The notes below the pieces were generated by a model, which was given only the letters and a program-made list of their open reading frames with translations, was not told where the DNA came from and ran no database searches. A program made the translations under genes and the position numbers. Shown here one piece after another: positions 1-13,694 of a stretch of 64,000 nucleotides of DNA (positions are counted from its first letter, which is position 1; each line of letters opens with the position of its first letter). Source of the stretch: Octopus sinensis (Eukaryota); NCBI RefSeq assembly GCF_006345805.1, contig NC_042999.1, positions 34,844,001 through 34,908,000 on the forward strand. Reading direction: 5' to 3'.

Positions 1-1121
1 TTTAGAATGGCTTGTGGTGGGACAAATCAGGGTTACAACGCAAGGAGTAGTAGGGAAAAAGATAGAGTTCCCTTGTCCAGAAACGATTCGCTGTTATAAC
101 AAATGCATGGGGTGGAGTATATCGCTCTGATCAAATGGTGACATTGAATGATCAGTATCGAAAAAATAGAAAATGGTGGACTAAAGTGTTCTTCAAGCTT
201 CTGATGTCAGCTTTTTATAAATAACAATTATGCTATTCACTCTAAAATTCACCTTACGAAACCACAATTTTTAAATTTCTTAGTAAAAATAGCTGAACGT
301 TTGATCGAGACAGGAAGTTGGAATTTTCTAGAAAAGAGTATGAGGTCTTTCGGTCGCCTTCTAAGACTTCAAAGTTGATTTCGAATGTAGGTCAACATAT
401 GACAGTAAAACTAAAGAATCGCAGAAGATGTAATGACTAGATGTACTTCGAGGAACAAAGAAAGGAAGATCCAATACATTTGCCAGAAATGCAACATTCT
501 TTTATGCATTGATGAATGTTTTACAGTAAATCACACATAACATGTATTTATAAACCATGGTTGTTCTCGTAAATACTATTCGAGAAAAGGTATATATTCA
601 TTTGTTAGTATGATATAATAGAAAAAATTATATAATTACATGATAATTATATGAGGAAAGAAGTTTATTATTTCATAAGTATTATTTGGAAGGGGTCATT
701 ATATATATTATTTTATAAGTGTTAATACAATTATCGTAATTTATAATAATAAAAGAATTGTAATTATAATAAATACTATATGAGAAAATTGTAATTTATA
801 ATAAATATTATATGAGAAAGCAATTATAGCTTCATATTGTGTTTGAAATAAACTTTAAGATTTATTTCATTTTCCATTCCGTAATTTTCTGAACTTGCTC
901 AACGTACATGTGAAATACCGTTGGGATAGGTTAGTCCTAAGTTTTTGTTCGTTAGAATACTATTGGGACATTTTTGCCCCAAGTTCGAAAATTATATTTA
1001 GTGATAAAATAAGTTTAGATTTTAATTATTGTAGATAATAAAGGTCTAAAGAAACGGAAAATGTAAAAAAATAAAATGAAATAAAATAAAAACCGATTGT
1101 GCAAAAGTCGGAGCGAAAGGG
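1..1121 (+). mobile_element. piggyBac transposon, 3' part (decayed transposase C-terminus to right end)
   Basis: Translation of 59-220 with one frameshift gives CPETIRCYNKCMG/GVYRSDQM...RKNRKWWTKVFFKLL, matching the piggyBac YNxxMGGVDxxDQ...KWW motif. 481-540 gives the Cys-rich tail CQKCNILLCIDECFTVNHT*. The element ends ...GGAGCGAAAGGG at 1121, followed by TTAA (1122-1125). Confidence 0.85.
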
Positions 1122-1203
1122 TTAATGGTTAAGCACACTCAGAAGTTATCTGAGGCGGACGAGTTCGAGTTCGATAGCCACCTACTGACAACTATTTTTT
1201 TTC
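1122..1203 (+). other. tRNA-like (SINE-head) remnant, 5' end cut by piggyBac
   Basis: Partial A-box (TAATGGTTAAGC), a 5-bp stem CTCAG/CTGAG (1138-1154) with a 7-nt loop, B-box-like GAGTTCGA, then a T-run. Confidence 0.4.
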
Positions 1204-1282
1204 CAGTCTTATAAGGGTAACTACCCGATCTTTCTCTGCTATGTTTGTTGCGTTCGTAATTTCCTATCTTGTCTGCAATATA

Positions 1283-1612
1283 TTGGATTATCCCATAAAT
1301 AATGCGATTTTTCTATACCTCTTTTAGTTTTCAAAATTAAGATAAAGTTCTATTTTAATCTAAAATATACTCTCCTTCATTTTCAGCAATGCTCTTTCAT
1401 CTGTCTCGTATACTTGCATAGCCTCTCTCTTTCAAAATTCACTTGTCCATGACGAAAAATACTCATCCAATACTCTTCTGACCTCGTCTGCAGAATTCAT
1501 GGTTTTCCGTCCAAATGGTTTTGAAGAATCCGTAATAAATGATAATCGGATGGGGTAATATTCGGCGAATATGGTGGGTGGGGTATCGTTTCCCATTCAA
1601 ACTGCTCCAGCC
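1283..1612 (-). mobile_element. mariner (Mos1-like) transposon, 3' fragment with TIR
   Basis: Minus-strand WETIPHPPYSPNITPSDYHLL (YSPDLAPSD motif) and C-terminal NEGEYILD* (stop 1355-1357). TIR-like TA|TTGGATTATCCCATAAATAATGCG at 1283. Truncated by (TG)n. Confidence 0.85.
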
Positions 1613-2695
1613 TCTGTGTGTGTGTGTGGTGTGTGTGTGTGTGTGTGTCTGTGTGTCTGTGTGTCTGTGTGTTTGTGTGTGTGTGTATGTGCGTGTGCGT
1701 GTTATGAGTTCTGTTGATCATTAGAAACAAAAGTCGAGCTTACCACGCAGTAGGTTTGAAACCAAAACTTACTGTTCTGAAGCGAACTTCTAAAACCTAC
1801 AGCCATGTCTGCACCCATACATGATAAGTATAGATGCTACTGGTATTTGAAGAACCACATTCATTATACAGAAAACCTGTTATATTTGCTTCGTGACTAA
1901 AATATATTCAGCGGCATAAATTCCATTTCAGCGTTCCAATAACTTGTCTCATGTGGCAAGTAATTTATAAATACGTTTCATCACCTCAAATCGAATTTAC
2001 CCTTCCGATTATTATGTTATGAACAATTGTTATAGATTTGCAGCAAACAGACAAGTCAGAAATTACAATAATGTTTGAATCTAACGTTAAATGTCAACAG
2101 AATGTGAGGACGAACGAAGAACGAATTAGATCAGAGCGAATTTGATTTTAAAATTTATCAGATCACCGTTCTTAACTCTTCGTTCAAATAGCCCGAAGAT
2201 TTTACAAAACACCAGATTGCTGTTTCAGTAGTGCGTCTAAATAGCCGAAATCCTTTGGAAAATGGAAATGGCTATTCTGTTATATTTTACTCTATTTCTC
2301 TTCCAATATGCAATATTATGTTCAGTAAGAAATTGGATAGGTGACGGGATCTAATTATATGAACTGAATCTTCAAATAGTGATGTAGTAACTGAGCAAAG
2401 ATTTTGATTCTTGTATTATTTAGAATGTGTGGATGTTACAATATTTCAATTTACATTTCACGTCTATATTTGCTTTGCGAGATTCTTGATGTAAAACCGT
2501 GCGTTGTAACACCGATTGCTGCCCAATTTTCTTGCATATAGAGTTTATTATTAAATTTGAACCTCTGATCACACCGCAAACGTACCCCGACGCGAACGCC
2601 TAGGCACGCACGTACATACATACACACACACACACAAACTTACAGAATCCACACCATGCCACGCAAGCACGCACAGCAAATACACACAGTCTTTC

Positions 2696-2696
<1 letters not shown>

Positions 2697-2760
<64 letters not shown>
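2697..2760. repeat. (CT)n microsatellite
   Basis: Direct inspection. Confidence 0.95.
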
Positions 2761-2761
<1 letters not shown>

Positions 2762-3045
2762 TTTCTCTTTCTTTCACACATACACGCGCGTGCACGCATT
2801 GTACACACAGACACTCTTGCACAACACTCTCACACACTCTTTCTATATATATTTCTCTCTTTTTCTCGCTCTCACTCTCTCTTGCACACACATGTATTCT
2901 CAATGATGGCCATAAATATAAATATAGAATTTGTAAACTAGAAGGCGAACAGATATGGATTAGAGAGGCCATATCATTGAAGAGATCACGAATTACAATG
3001 AACGGACTCTGGCGAACCTAACTAATTGGCAGATTTATTAAACGA

Positions 3046-4131
3046 CTAGCAGTATCGCCCGGCATTGCTCGGGTTTGTTTCGACCCGCTGGAATTGTAAT
3101 TTTGAAAAGTAAAAATTTTGTGAACATTTTTCTGGTCGAAATACACCGAAAAGTGGCGACACAGCAGTGAAAAAATCGTAAAAAATAGGGATTTTCATAG
3201 AAAAAAGCATCTTTTTGATGTAAATAATTTTTAGTGTTAACATGGTCCGATTTGAATTTTATGTTCTACGGAAGGAAGAGCAACCCTTCTTCTACCATAC
3301 TCTCAATTTTGGTCAACTTGCGCCGCAGGGTCTCGGAGGAGATAGTGTTAGTTGAAGGTTACCATTCTAGGTGCCTGTTAACAACCTCGCGGATTTACAG
3401 ATAAATGAATTAATTACTATTTTACAGAATAAAATTAAATAATTCTTGAAAATTAATTAATATTAATATTTTTTGAACAAAGTAAATAATTTTTAAAACT
3501 TAAATAATAATTTTTTTACACAAACGTGAACGGGGAAAAGGGGGTGGCGAATTCGATTTACATACCTAATTTTTTTCTTTTTCATGACATTGTAGCAAAA
3601 TAGTAGTGAATTATATAAATACCAGCAGTACATTTTTTTTCTGGGGTATTTTTTTTCAACCTCGTCTCATATTTGCCCCTTTCAATTTAAACAAAGTCTT
3701 AATTAAGCAATTACGGCAGCTTAGCAATGGTTTCAATACAGGCGTGACATGTGTATCTCAATTGTTCAAAACCCTTCGAATTTTTTCGCACGTGATGATA
3801 TCATAGTGAAAATTTTCAATTACGCGCGCTTAGAAGTACGCTCGCAAATTAATACTACCAAAATTTTGAAGTTCGCGCTCCGCTTGTGTGTGTGTGTGTG
3901 TGCGTGCTTTCGGTGTACGTAGGTATGTGTTTTTGTGTGTGTGTGTCACTGAAGCCATATATACATATATACATACATAACCTCTCTCTCTCTTTTCTCT
4001 CTCAGTCACTCACTACAAAAAGTGAATAAAAAAAGTTCAGTTATTTCTGTCTTTCACTCTGTCTGTCTCTTTACACACACTAACAAAAGCACTTCCCTTA
4101 CACACCACACTTTCTGTGTCGCACAACCCAT

Positions 4132-4166
<35 letters not shown>

Positions 4167-4713
4167 GCACGCACACATGTACATCAATGCTTTCGGAGTG
4201 AAATGTTAAAATATTGAGTTTTCTCGAATTTTGTCTTAATTGGGGGTGAAATTGAAAGAAATATATTATGGCATGACCGAATGGAGTACTTTGAAAAATC
4301 TTAGGTAAACTCTAATTGAAGAAATTGTGTGAGGAGTAAATCGTTATGTATTTATTTGTTTCTGTTTGCTGTGTTTTTTTATTTTTTGAGTAGTGGTTTA
4401 AATACTTTCAGTTTAGTCTTCCTCAAATCACTCTGTCGCTATTTACTTTCATTTTATTCGTTGCATACTGTGTGTGTGCGTGTGCGTGTGGTGTAAACCA
4501 CATTAAGAAAAGCATTTGACATACACACCAGAATGTGAGTTTTCTGTAAATTTTGCTTAATTGGAGTTTAAATTTTAAAAACTGGACCTGGCATGACCCG
4601 ATGCATTCTACTCTTAAAAATGCTAGGTAAATTGTAATTGAAGAAATCCTATATTGTAGATTTCTATAAGTTACAAAGGGAGGCAGATAAAATCTGCCTT
4701 TTATAATAAGAGA
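3046..4713 (-). mobile_element. non-autonomous Helitron (~1.67 kb)
   Basis: Minus strand starts TC (4713-4712) and ends CCCGAGCAATGCCGGG hairpin...CTGCTAG (3046). Inserted between A and T with no TSD. Internal ~110-bp direct repeat at 4216-4326 and 4536-4648. No coding capacity seen. Confidence 0.85.
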
Positions 4714-5537
4714 TTAATCAAGTATTCCCTAGTTAGCTAATAATAACTAGATAATGATGAATAATAAGGAAGTGAAATAGAACCAGTGTGTGTGTGTATT
4801 CATTATTGTGATAATGTCCATCCGTATTTTCATACCCTAAACCACATCAATGTATCTCATCTCAAGGAACAAGTATATAAGTATACATATTTATCGTCTT
4901 TTACTGTATGAAAAGAAATATTTAGAACAGTAATAATATATTTTGAAGTTTCATTATTCTAAAACGATATTCACATAAAAATCCTACAGGTGAGAAAACT
5001 GTAAATCACAAATGTTTATTCGTGACTATTTTAATAAACATACCGTATGAGTATATTTTTATTGGAAAAAAGTTTCGTTTCAAGAGGATTACGTAAATCA
5101 CGCATGTGAATTTCTAAAAATAATCTAGCAGAATTTTTTAGTGAAAACATGCTAAGAGAAATAATTTCATTAGATAAAATACTTTTAAATATTTCCCCTC
5201 GAAACAAACCCTAATTCTCTAAACGAACAAACTTTTTCGTTTATTGAGTGTAACTTGGAGGGAAAATGCAACTTTGCAAAAGGAAAAATGCAATTTTGCA
5301 AAAAATTTTCCGAATATCTGCAATGTATTTAAGCTTTCGAGAGATTTAATACGGTGGAGATAATTTACATGGAATATTATACACTATAGCGTCACAATCA
5401 TTTTTGTCATTTGAAATTAATAATAATAAATTATTGTAGTTATAGGTTTTATTTCAAATCGGTGTGTACAATATTTATAATGTATTACAAACGTACAACG
5501 ACACTGTAATATTTTCTTCCAGAGAAACCTTCCAAAG

Positions 5538-5956
5538 AGGCGTCGAGCTGGCAGAAACGTTTGCACAACGGGCGAAATGCTTAGTGGTGTTTCGTCTGCC
5601 GCTACGTTCTGAGTTCAAATTCCGCCGAGGTTGACTTTGCCTTTCATCCTTTCGGGGGTCGATTAAATAAGTACCAGTTACGCACTGGGGTCGATATAAT
5701 CGACTTAATCCGTTTGTCTGCCCTTGTTTGTCCTCTCTGTGTTTAGCCCCTTGTGGGTAGTAAAGAAATAGGTATTTCGTCTACCGGTACGTTCTGAGTT
5801 CAAATTCCGCCGAGGTGGACTTTGCCTTTCATCCTTTCGAGGTCGATTAAATAAGTACCAGTTACGCATTGGAGTCAATATAATCGACTTAATCCGTTTG
5901 TCTGAACTTGTTTGTCCCCTCTGTGTGTAGCCCCTTGTGGGCGGTAAAGAAATAAG
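5538..5956 (+). mobile_element. tRNA-derived SINE family A, tandem/dimeric copy
   Basis: Head GGCG.CGAGCTGGCAGAA...GAGTTCAAATTCC (B-box) plus core GCCTTTCATCCTTTCGGGGTCGAT, with the body repeated twice. The same sequence recurs across the window. Confidence 0.85.
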
Positions 5957-6799
5957 AATCCTTCCAAAGAGACTTATGCATTCAAATCAAAGGCTTCGCG
6001 CAGGAAACTGGTGGTTTGCCAGATATTCTGTTTCCCTTAATTGTCATCATCAATGACAAATAGCCGAGACTTTCTGAGCTACAGAAATCCGTATAGAAAT
6101 CGGTAAACTAAATACTTTTTGATTTGTGCGAAAGTTTGCCAGACTAGAATTCAGATATTTTTGTTTCCAGTAGAATTATCTTTGCCATTAGTTACAGTCC
6201 TGAGTAGTAAAAATCAATAGAGGCGCGGATAAAATAGTTATGCTGTTTTATATTCTGAGTTCAAATTTTGCCCAGTTCTAAGTGGTTTTGCTGCCTTCCA
6301 GTGTCAATAAAATAATTCCCAAGTGAAGTCAGGAGCTATATATGGCTACACCATTTTCCCCAGTTTTTGACGGAGCACACATATTGTAATCTATACTGAA
6401 TCACTGCACAGCTCAGGATGGAAGAACTGAAGTTTCAGAATGGACAGTAATGTTAATTCCCTTCTATTAATGATTTTTTTTTTAAATAAGGATTCTAAAG
6501 ATCTATCAATTTTCCATGACACAATACTGAATTTGGGTACATCTAAAGTATTCAGTAGAGTCCACTATTGCAACTCAGTGGCATTCCAAGCGCTGCCAAA
6601 TTTGCTCTCATCTTCAGAAAACGCTTTCCCTTAGAGTATTAGAAAAAAAGATGATGACCCCTGTGAAGTACTTGATATCACGAACTAGGTTCAGAAAGGG
6701 TGATTTATTACTTTCGCCATTTCTCTCCAGCACGTTTTCATTGGAAACTCGATGTCTTGAGAATATTCTGCACACGGTAGGATACCACAGATTAGTAGA

Positions 6800-7060
6800 A
6801 TCGAATTTGAATGACATCATCATGGAATTTGGAATCGAGAAATGTAGTGTAATGTTTCTCAAAAGGGGGGGAAATCGGTAAAAGCCATGGGATCAAACTG
6901 GAAAGTGGTAAAACTATAAAAGAAGTCAAAGAGGAAGGATATAAGTACCTGAGTATCATTGAAAGAGATAAGATGAATGAACACAAAATGTAAGAAATGC
7001 ACAGGAAAGTGTATTCGAGGAGGACGTGGCTTGTGCTCCAAAGGAAGCTAAATAACCGCT
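6800..7060 (+). pseudogene. non-LTR retrotransposon RT fragment (R4/Dong-like)
   Basis: NDIIMEFGIEKCSVM...GK...IKEVKEEGYKYLSIIE across frameshifts resembles the RT domain 6-7 region of restriction-like-endonuclease LINEs. Confidence 0.6.
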
Positions 7061-10000
7061 ATTCCAAATAACAAACTCTTTCAAATAACAAACTAATTCC
7101 AAATAACAAACTGTTCCAAATATCACATTTATAAAAGCACTGACTCGCCATAGTGTAGGATATGCTCTGGGAAGGGAGAAAGTATAAGTCATATTGTGTG
7201 TCTGTGGTGTATGTGCGAGCGTGTACACTCTTTAAAAGTGTGATAAAAGACACAATACGTTACCAGATGATTTGGATTCGGTGACCAATTCCACATATCA
7301 TTCCTGTATTCCATATGATGTTTTGAAAAGAGCCATCGTATCGTAGGAAAGGCTACTGTGCTATGTCCGAGCTACGTTACATCGCATTACAAACGCAGAA
7401 AACATAACTAGTATTTTTAAACCTAATATAATATATGCACCTTTCCGAAATCTAACCGACGCGCTTAAGAATATCCGTCGTATGTAGTAGAAGCCATCTA
7501 TGTAACATACTTAATATAACAACATTGTTGAAAGAGAACTTCTGTGGTATTCGACCAGCGATAACATCTTTTATTAATATGGTGTATTTAAAGACACAAT
7601 ATATATCTGTGAGAGACGGAAATCTCTCACACACACACACACATACATACATACATACATACATACATACATACATACATACATACATACACCAGTCAGA
7701 TGCTTTCGGACATATACCACAGTAAATTGTCCGTCAACTATATATTCATATTAAATATGATACATATGGCTATTTTAATTTAATACTGGTTCTACTGCGT
7801 GCTACGGATTTCTGTTTAGCAGGAGAGCTGTTCACAATAGGAGTGAATGTTTATTCACTGTTTTCTATATATTGGAGGCGGTAAATCTTGTCTATGCATA
7901 TGGCTGGCTGTGAGTATACGTCATTGACAAAGCCCAACGAGACTGAATGTTTCGGTCTATTCTGTAAGGGTTGATTTGGTTACTGTCAGTGCGTTCTCTA
8001 GTATTCTTATTTTAGATCTTTAGTATCTTGCATGATAAATGCGATGTTTGTTTGTTTTATCTTTTCATAGACTGCCGTTAGTCATCAATTCCTTGATAGT
8101 AAACTGCATGGCTGCTAAGCCACAATACCACATTAGAAGCTTCCGCACATATTCTAGGATGAAAAAAAAAATTCTCTGAGTATCAACAGATGCAAATTTT
8201 ATCGATATTCATTTTCCCAGGCAAAGCAGGCAGCCTGAATATTTTGTCTGCTTTTCTTAGCATAATAAATGAAGCTCCAAATCATTTGAAGTTGATTCAT
8301 TCAGATTGAGAGTTCAGGGAACTCATACTTTTGAAAGGACATGCATATGAGTTCATTACTTTGAGAAGTATTATCGGATGGATCCAATCAATTGATAATG
8401 GTCTCTTTTCCCTCAGGCATCAGTGGACATTCTGCTAACAACAGCTTTTATATTAACATTCCTTCTTCAATAAGCTTACCAGCATTCCTTGAAGCAACAA
8501 ATTTAGCAACAATCTCAGAACATCAGAATAATCTTTGTAAATTGTGTGAGATATTTTTATTGCTTAATCACTTCGTGTTGGCTTTAGCACCGATATCTCG
8601 ACACCTTTGCGTGTCGATTTCGAAAGGTTGAACTGAAATTCACGTCCAAGTGGAAGTGGTTTGTCAGACACTGAATTTATAGGATGTCTTCAAAATAGCT
8701 CGAATAGTGTCTGTGTAAACGACTTTAACGTTCTTCTTTGGATATTTTAGTATCTGATATTTAATGTGTGTAAAATTATGTTGCATATTATGTATTTTGA
8801 CCTCTTTGATACTTTGTACTGAAGAGATTCGATTAATCCGAAGCAGCAACATACGGATATTCTGAACTCTAAAATTGATAGTTTAAATGGGAAGAAAAGA
8901 AAAATATTTAAAGAATCAACTAAATAAACGTATGTAGATTATACTTCTTTCCATTTATTTCACTGGTGAGTAAAGGAAATTGACTCCTATCAAAACAGTT
9001 CTTTCTTTTGCAATAGAAAAGAGCAACCAATAAAGTAACATATGTATGTGAGTGAGTGAGTGAGTGGGTGGATGGGTGTGTGGGTGAGAGAGTGAGTGAC
9101 TGAGTGAGTCAGTGGGTGAGAGAGTGAGTGACTGAGAGAGTAAGAGAGAGTGAGTGAGTGTATGTGCATGTATGCGAGAGGGAGAGGGAGAGAGAAAGAG
9201 AGAGAGAGAGTGGATGTGTCTGTGTTTATATATACATCTATTATATCTGTGTGTCTACATCCACTCTCAGAATTTTAAATATTTTCTGTTTATGTTGCAA
9301 ATGATGTAATTATTATCAATATAAATGGTCACTGAGCACCTTTTGGGTGATTCCTTCTGATATTACTAGATGAAGAATATTTTTTGCTCTGCCATCAAAA
9401 CTATTAGCATATTTAGAACTCCGACTTACGACCTGAGGTGGTATATGTGTTGACACATTGTCTTGAATTGTGTTTATTTCTGCACTGAGTTCTTCCTCGA
9501 ATTTCAAAATAGCCTCAGAAATAGTATTATGTGATGGTTTCTAATACGGTGTTAACAGGAACCTCTGTAACGTAAACACACAAATTATTTTCCAACAAAA
9601 AAAATTATTTAGAAAAAACACAATTCCAAAATCAAACACACATACAGGAGCTGCAAGCATAAACAAATGAAATTGTTCAACGAAAATATGAAGAAAACAA
9701 TACTGCGGAAAATATTAATTTGAAAGGAAGAAAAATAGCATACACCAACGCCATAAAAAGAATATTTCATCTTTTTCAAACGGTGTGGATCAAAAATATT
9801 CTCTATATGAAGCAACGTAAACTTCAGGAAAATAAGCTACGTTTTTGGCTGTGGAATTTATATAAGTGGAATGAGGAATATGAGATGTCTATATTTTCCC
9901 CAAAGGATAGAAAGTGTTTCGAATTGCCGCTAGGAAAAGAACTGGTTTTTGTCTTTCACTAAGTATGGAAGAACTTATACACCATCAAAACAGGCAGGGC

Positions 10001-11362
10001 ATACCGAAGCGTAGTGAATATCATCTTTAAGCCCAGATGCCAGACTAGCAAAAGTAATGCATCACAGGCTATCACACAGTAATTTCCAGCAATACATGAT
10101 TCTAAAGAATACATGGATTGTAGCTTGAGACATGAGTACAATATCTCTGCGATTTTATGTGACGCAGGAAATACGAAAATTGTAATTTCTTTAACAAACT
10201 CCTAGACTGCATCGCAAACTTTCGTTTTTTCGTAATTTTATGTTCAGTTTCAGTTTTTTGTTTGTTTGTTTTTTTTGTAATTTTTTGCATTACATGCCCG
10301 TTTGAACATTTCACAAGACTTTATTCATTAAGACTTATTAAAACTTCTGTCGTTAAATGTTTTGTCGTCGTAATGTTGTCCTGACGCAGAAATTGCCAGC
10401 TTACAAATCCTGTTTTCTGATTGGGTAAAAGTTATCAAACTTTAAACCTCTGAAGCATTTTTTAAAAACTTTTCCAATAAATAACAACAGATTTTGCATG
10501 AAAAATTACATCAATACACAAAATCAAAAATTTTCATTTAATATTAAAATTTCAAACAGTGAAGCCAATCAGAAAACATTTAAAAGAGGTCGACTTTGCC
10601 TTTCATCCTTTCGGAGTCGATTAAATAAGTACCAGTTACGCACTGGGATAGATGTAATCCGTTTGTCTGTCCTTGTTTACCCACTCTATATTTAGCCCCT
10701 TGTGGGCAATAAAGAAGTAAGAAAACAGTCAAAAGATAAATTGAGAGCCGGTATGAAGCAGTAGCAGCAAAGTCGGTGATAATAGCACACCTCTGATGAA
10801 TGCCATTGCCATTAATGTTTCCACTGTACTATCGGCCAAAGACCAGAAATATCAGGCAAAAACATACTCAGATCCACTGACACTATGAGTTATCAAGGTA
10901 GGACCCAAAGCGACCGGTGGATTTCGTTATCCAGGGCAAGACTCAGCCTTAAAAAAAACAAAATGTATAGATTCTGTCGAAATATTAAGAAAACGCTGGA
11001 AAGTATAGATGCCAACCATCTCAGAAACAACGAGGGAGCCTCTACGAATAAATAAGGTAGTAGTAACAGCTGAACCTCCCTGCCGCATTAAGTAAGTAAT
11101 TGACACCTTGGATAATATAAACATACATATTCGTAAAATGACGTGGTGGTTACGATTGGTATAGTTTTGTTCTTTGTCTGATCAACCATGTTTGATCTGC
11201 AACGAAAGAAGAGTAGCAACAACCAGAAACAATGTGGATATCCAGAATATACAGATTTTTCCCCAAAAGAGTTAAAGCCTAGCATATATTTAGAATAGTT
11301 GAAAGATTCATGCAAAATATTCTCATTATTCTATAAAAGTTTACAATGGTATGCATTACTGG

Positions 11363-11470
11363 CGCAGGCGTGGCTATGTGGTGAGAAATTTACTTCCCAA
11401 TCACACGGTCCAGGATTCAATCCCACTGGTACCTTGGTCAAGCGTCTTCCACTATAGCCCCAGGCCGACA
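11363..11470 (+). mobile_element. tRNA-derived SINE family B, partial
   Basis: GCAGGCGTGGCTATGTGGT...GGATTCAATCCCACT...CTATAGCC, homologous to the copies at 30883 and 56846. Confidence 0.65.
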
Positions 11471-11814
11471 GTGTGTGTGTATGTGTGTGTGTGTGTGTGT
11501 GTGTTTCTCTCACCACCACATCACAACTGCTGTCTTCTTCCAATCAGGACTCACGCCATTAGCCACAAAGAATAATCTCTAATTCGAGCCTACTCTAAGC
11601 TACTAAGAATGCGTGTGGCAACTTGAAGATCCACCAACCACACGCGATAGACTGGCGGCTATACGGCGCGAAAGCTATGTTGTTATCCTCATTCCGTAAA
11701 CGGTGGCTTTCAACGGGTGGAGAGCTGAACCATCCTGGGGTACAGAGGATTCGCAATCTAGACTAGGATCTGAAAGTTTACCACACCATAGTGGGTTACA
11801 CCATGGTTCCTCTG

Positions 11815-12015
11815 CTTTGTGGAAGAAGTAGGAAGAAAGAGTGAAAGTTGTGGTGAAAGAGTACAGCGGGGTTCACCACCACCCCGCGCCGGAGCCTCGT
11901 GGTGCTTAGGTGCTTTTGCTCAATAAACATTCACAATGCCCGGTCTGGGAATCGAAACCGTGTTCTTACGACCGCGAGTCCGCTGCCCTAACCATTGGGT
12001 CACTGCGCCTCCACA
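11815..12015 (-). mobile_element. tRNA-derived SINE (family C-like)
   Basis: Minus strand GTGGAGGCGCAGTGACCCAATGGTTAGGG...GGTTTCGATTCCC (A and B boxes). Confidence 0.7.
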
Positions 12016-12718
12016 CAACTGCTGATTGATATTTTGCGTTCCTGAAACATACAAAAGTATTAGTGTCGATTTTTACGACTAAACTTTTCAACGCAGTACA
12101 CCAGTAAAGCTGCAGTAAAATGATTTTAACACGTAAATGATAAAATCATCTGATGTCAAATAAAACATTAACATGTCTTAATTTCAATAACATTACATAC
12201 ATTTTCTTATAACTTAAAGTTAATGAGGTTTATAAAGTATAAATATTAGGAAATAATACAAATAAGTACATCAACAATTTTTAAATAGTGTTAGTATTTT
12301 TAAAGTTATCTGATAGTGAAATTAATTTCTTATCTTCAATGCAACGCGTCTTTAATTGCAGACTTACTAATTTGACATTCTGTTTCTAAAACGTATGTTT
12401 TTCGCTGTTTGGCTAAGAATCTACAAGTTTTATAGATTTATAAGTATTCACTTGAATATCACCGTTTTTTATGTTCTCCAATTTGATATCATAAGTGGAG
12501 ATTAAATGGAATCTGGTAGGATGGGAGGTGATGTGGACTCTAGTGGCGTTGCAAGTAGGAAACTACAAGAGGGGGCAAAATATTTCAAGCATTTGATTCA
12601 CTAATCAGTTATCAATAAAACTTGATGTATTTAGCAGAATATGAAATGCAGGTGTTATAAAACACTCGTTACTAGTCAACAATATGTCATACTCTTAACA
12701 TTTTGAGATCAATGTGAC

Positions 12719-13143
12719 GGTCCGTTCCAGTTCCGAGTCGACCGTTCGCCGCCGAACGAACGCCTGCCCGTGCGTCGAGGTGCGACCACCGACCCCACGC
12801 GAGGAGGAGCCGGGCCGCACTCACCGACGCGACGGCGAGCCCGAAGCCGTGTCTCTCCACGGCGTCCTGGGTGTGGAGCCGTATTGTTTGCACCCACAAC
12901 GCCCCGGGCGCCTCCTATGAAACAGTGCACCGCCAGACGACGGTCCGACAACGCCCCGGAAGGCGCGTAGCGCGGACGCAAGAGAAGGCCCAGAATTTTC
13001 CAGGGCCGCCGAGAGCGCACCGGACGCTCCCCGAGACGCGGCGCACTACAGGCATCATATCCGTATCTCCGGACGAGCCGATTCCACGCACGCGGTCCTT
13101 TACGAAGAAGAGAGAACTCTTCCCGGGGCTCCCGGCAACGTCT
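12719..13143 (-). pseudogene. 28S rRNA gene fragment (D7-D8 region), orphan copy
   Basis: GC-rich island. GAATTTTCCAGGGCC...GAGAGCGCACCGGACG...GAGAGAACTCTTCCCGGGGCTCCC and GGTCCGTTCCAGTTCCGAGTCG match, from memory, the reverse complement of conserved metazoan LSU rRNA segments around D7 and just 3' of D8. Confidence 0.75.
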
Positions 13144-13694
13144 ACACAAGCCCTTATACCGAATTAATATACTTCTTTGCACAATATACATGAAATATCA
13201 AGCAAACATACTTCAGACCACGTTCTACAGTGCTAACACAAAAATAAACTGGTTTTGAAATTTTCAATACTAGAATCTCCTCTGAATTTTAATGAAACTT
13301 TGTCCTCCATTTATTAAGACAAATTAGATTACAGCCATAGTGTTAGACAAGTTTTAAAATTAAAAACTTTTTTTATTTTTATTCAACACATCACTATGTC
13401 CACCTATCATTTCAATTTTCACATCCCACGCTCCAGGATATGATCTGGGGCACGCTATTGCTTATGTCTAAAATGATTTTGATCAAAGGTTTTCTGGCTC
13501 TAAGTATACCTCGTGTTAAATGAGGACAACGAAAACAGCAATAACAGCACATGGTACTACATATGACATTTAAGAACGCAGCGTCTTGGTTTATAAATCA
13601 GGGACACCATGTTGTTCTGTTAAGAAGCTAAAATATATGGATTATTTCACTAATATTGACAACCTTACATTGAGACAATATGTGGCTTTCTGTC

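Noticed and set aside
5538-5956. Repeated units that could look like a CRISPR array or tRNA genes
   Set aside because: They are SINE bodies with no repeat-spacer periodicity, no complete cloverleaf, and a eukaryotic context.
12687-13191. Overlapping GC-rich ORFs suggesting a CpG-island gene
   Set aside because: Better explained as a 28S rDNA fragment.
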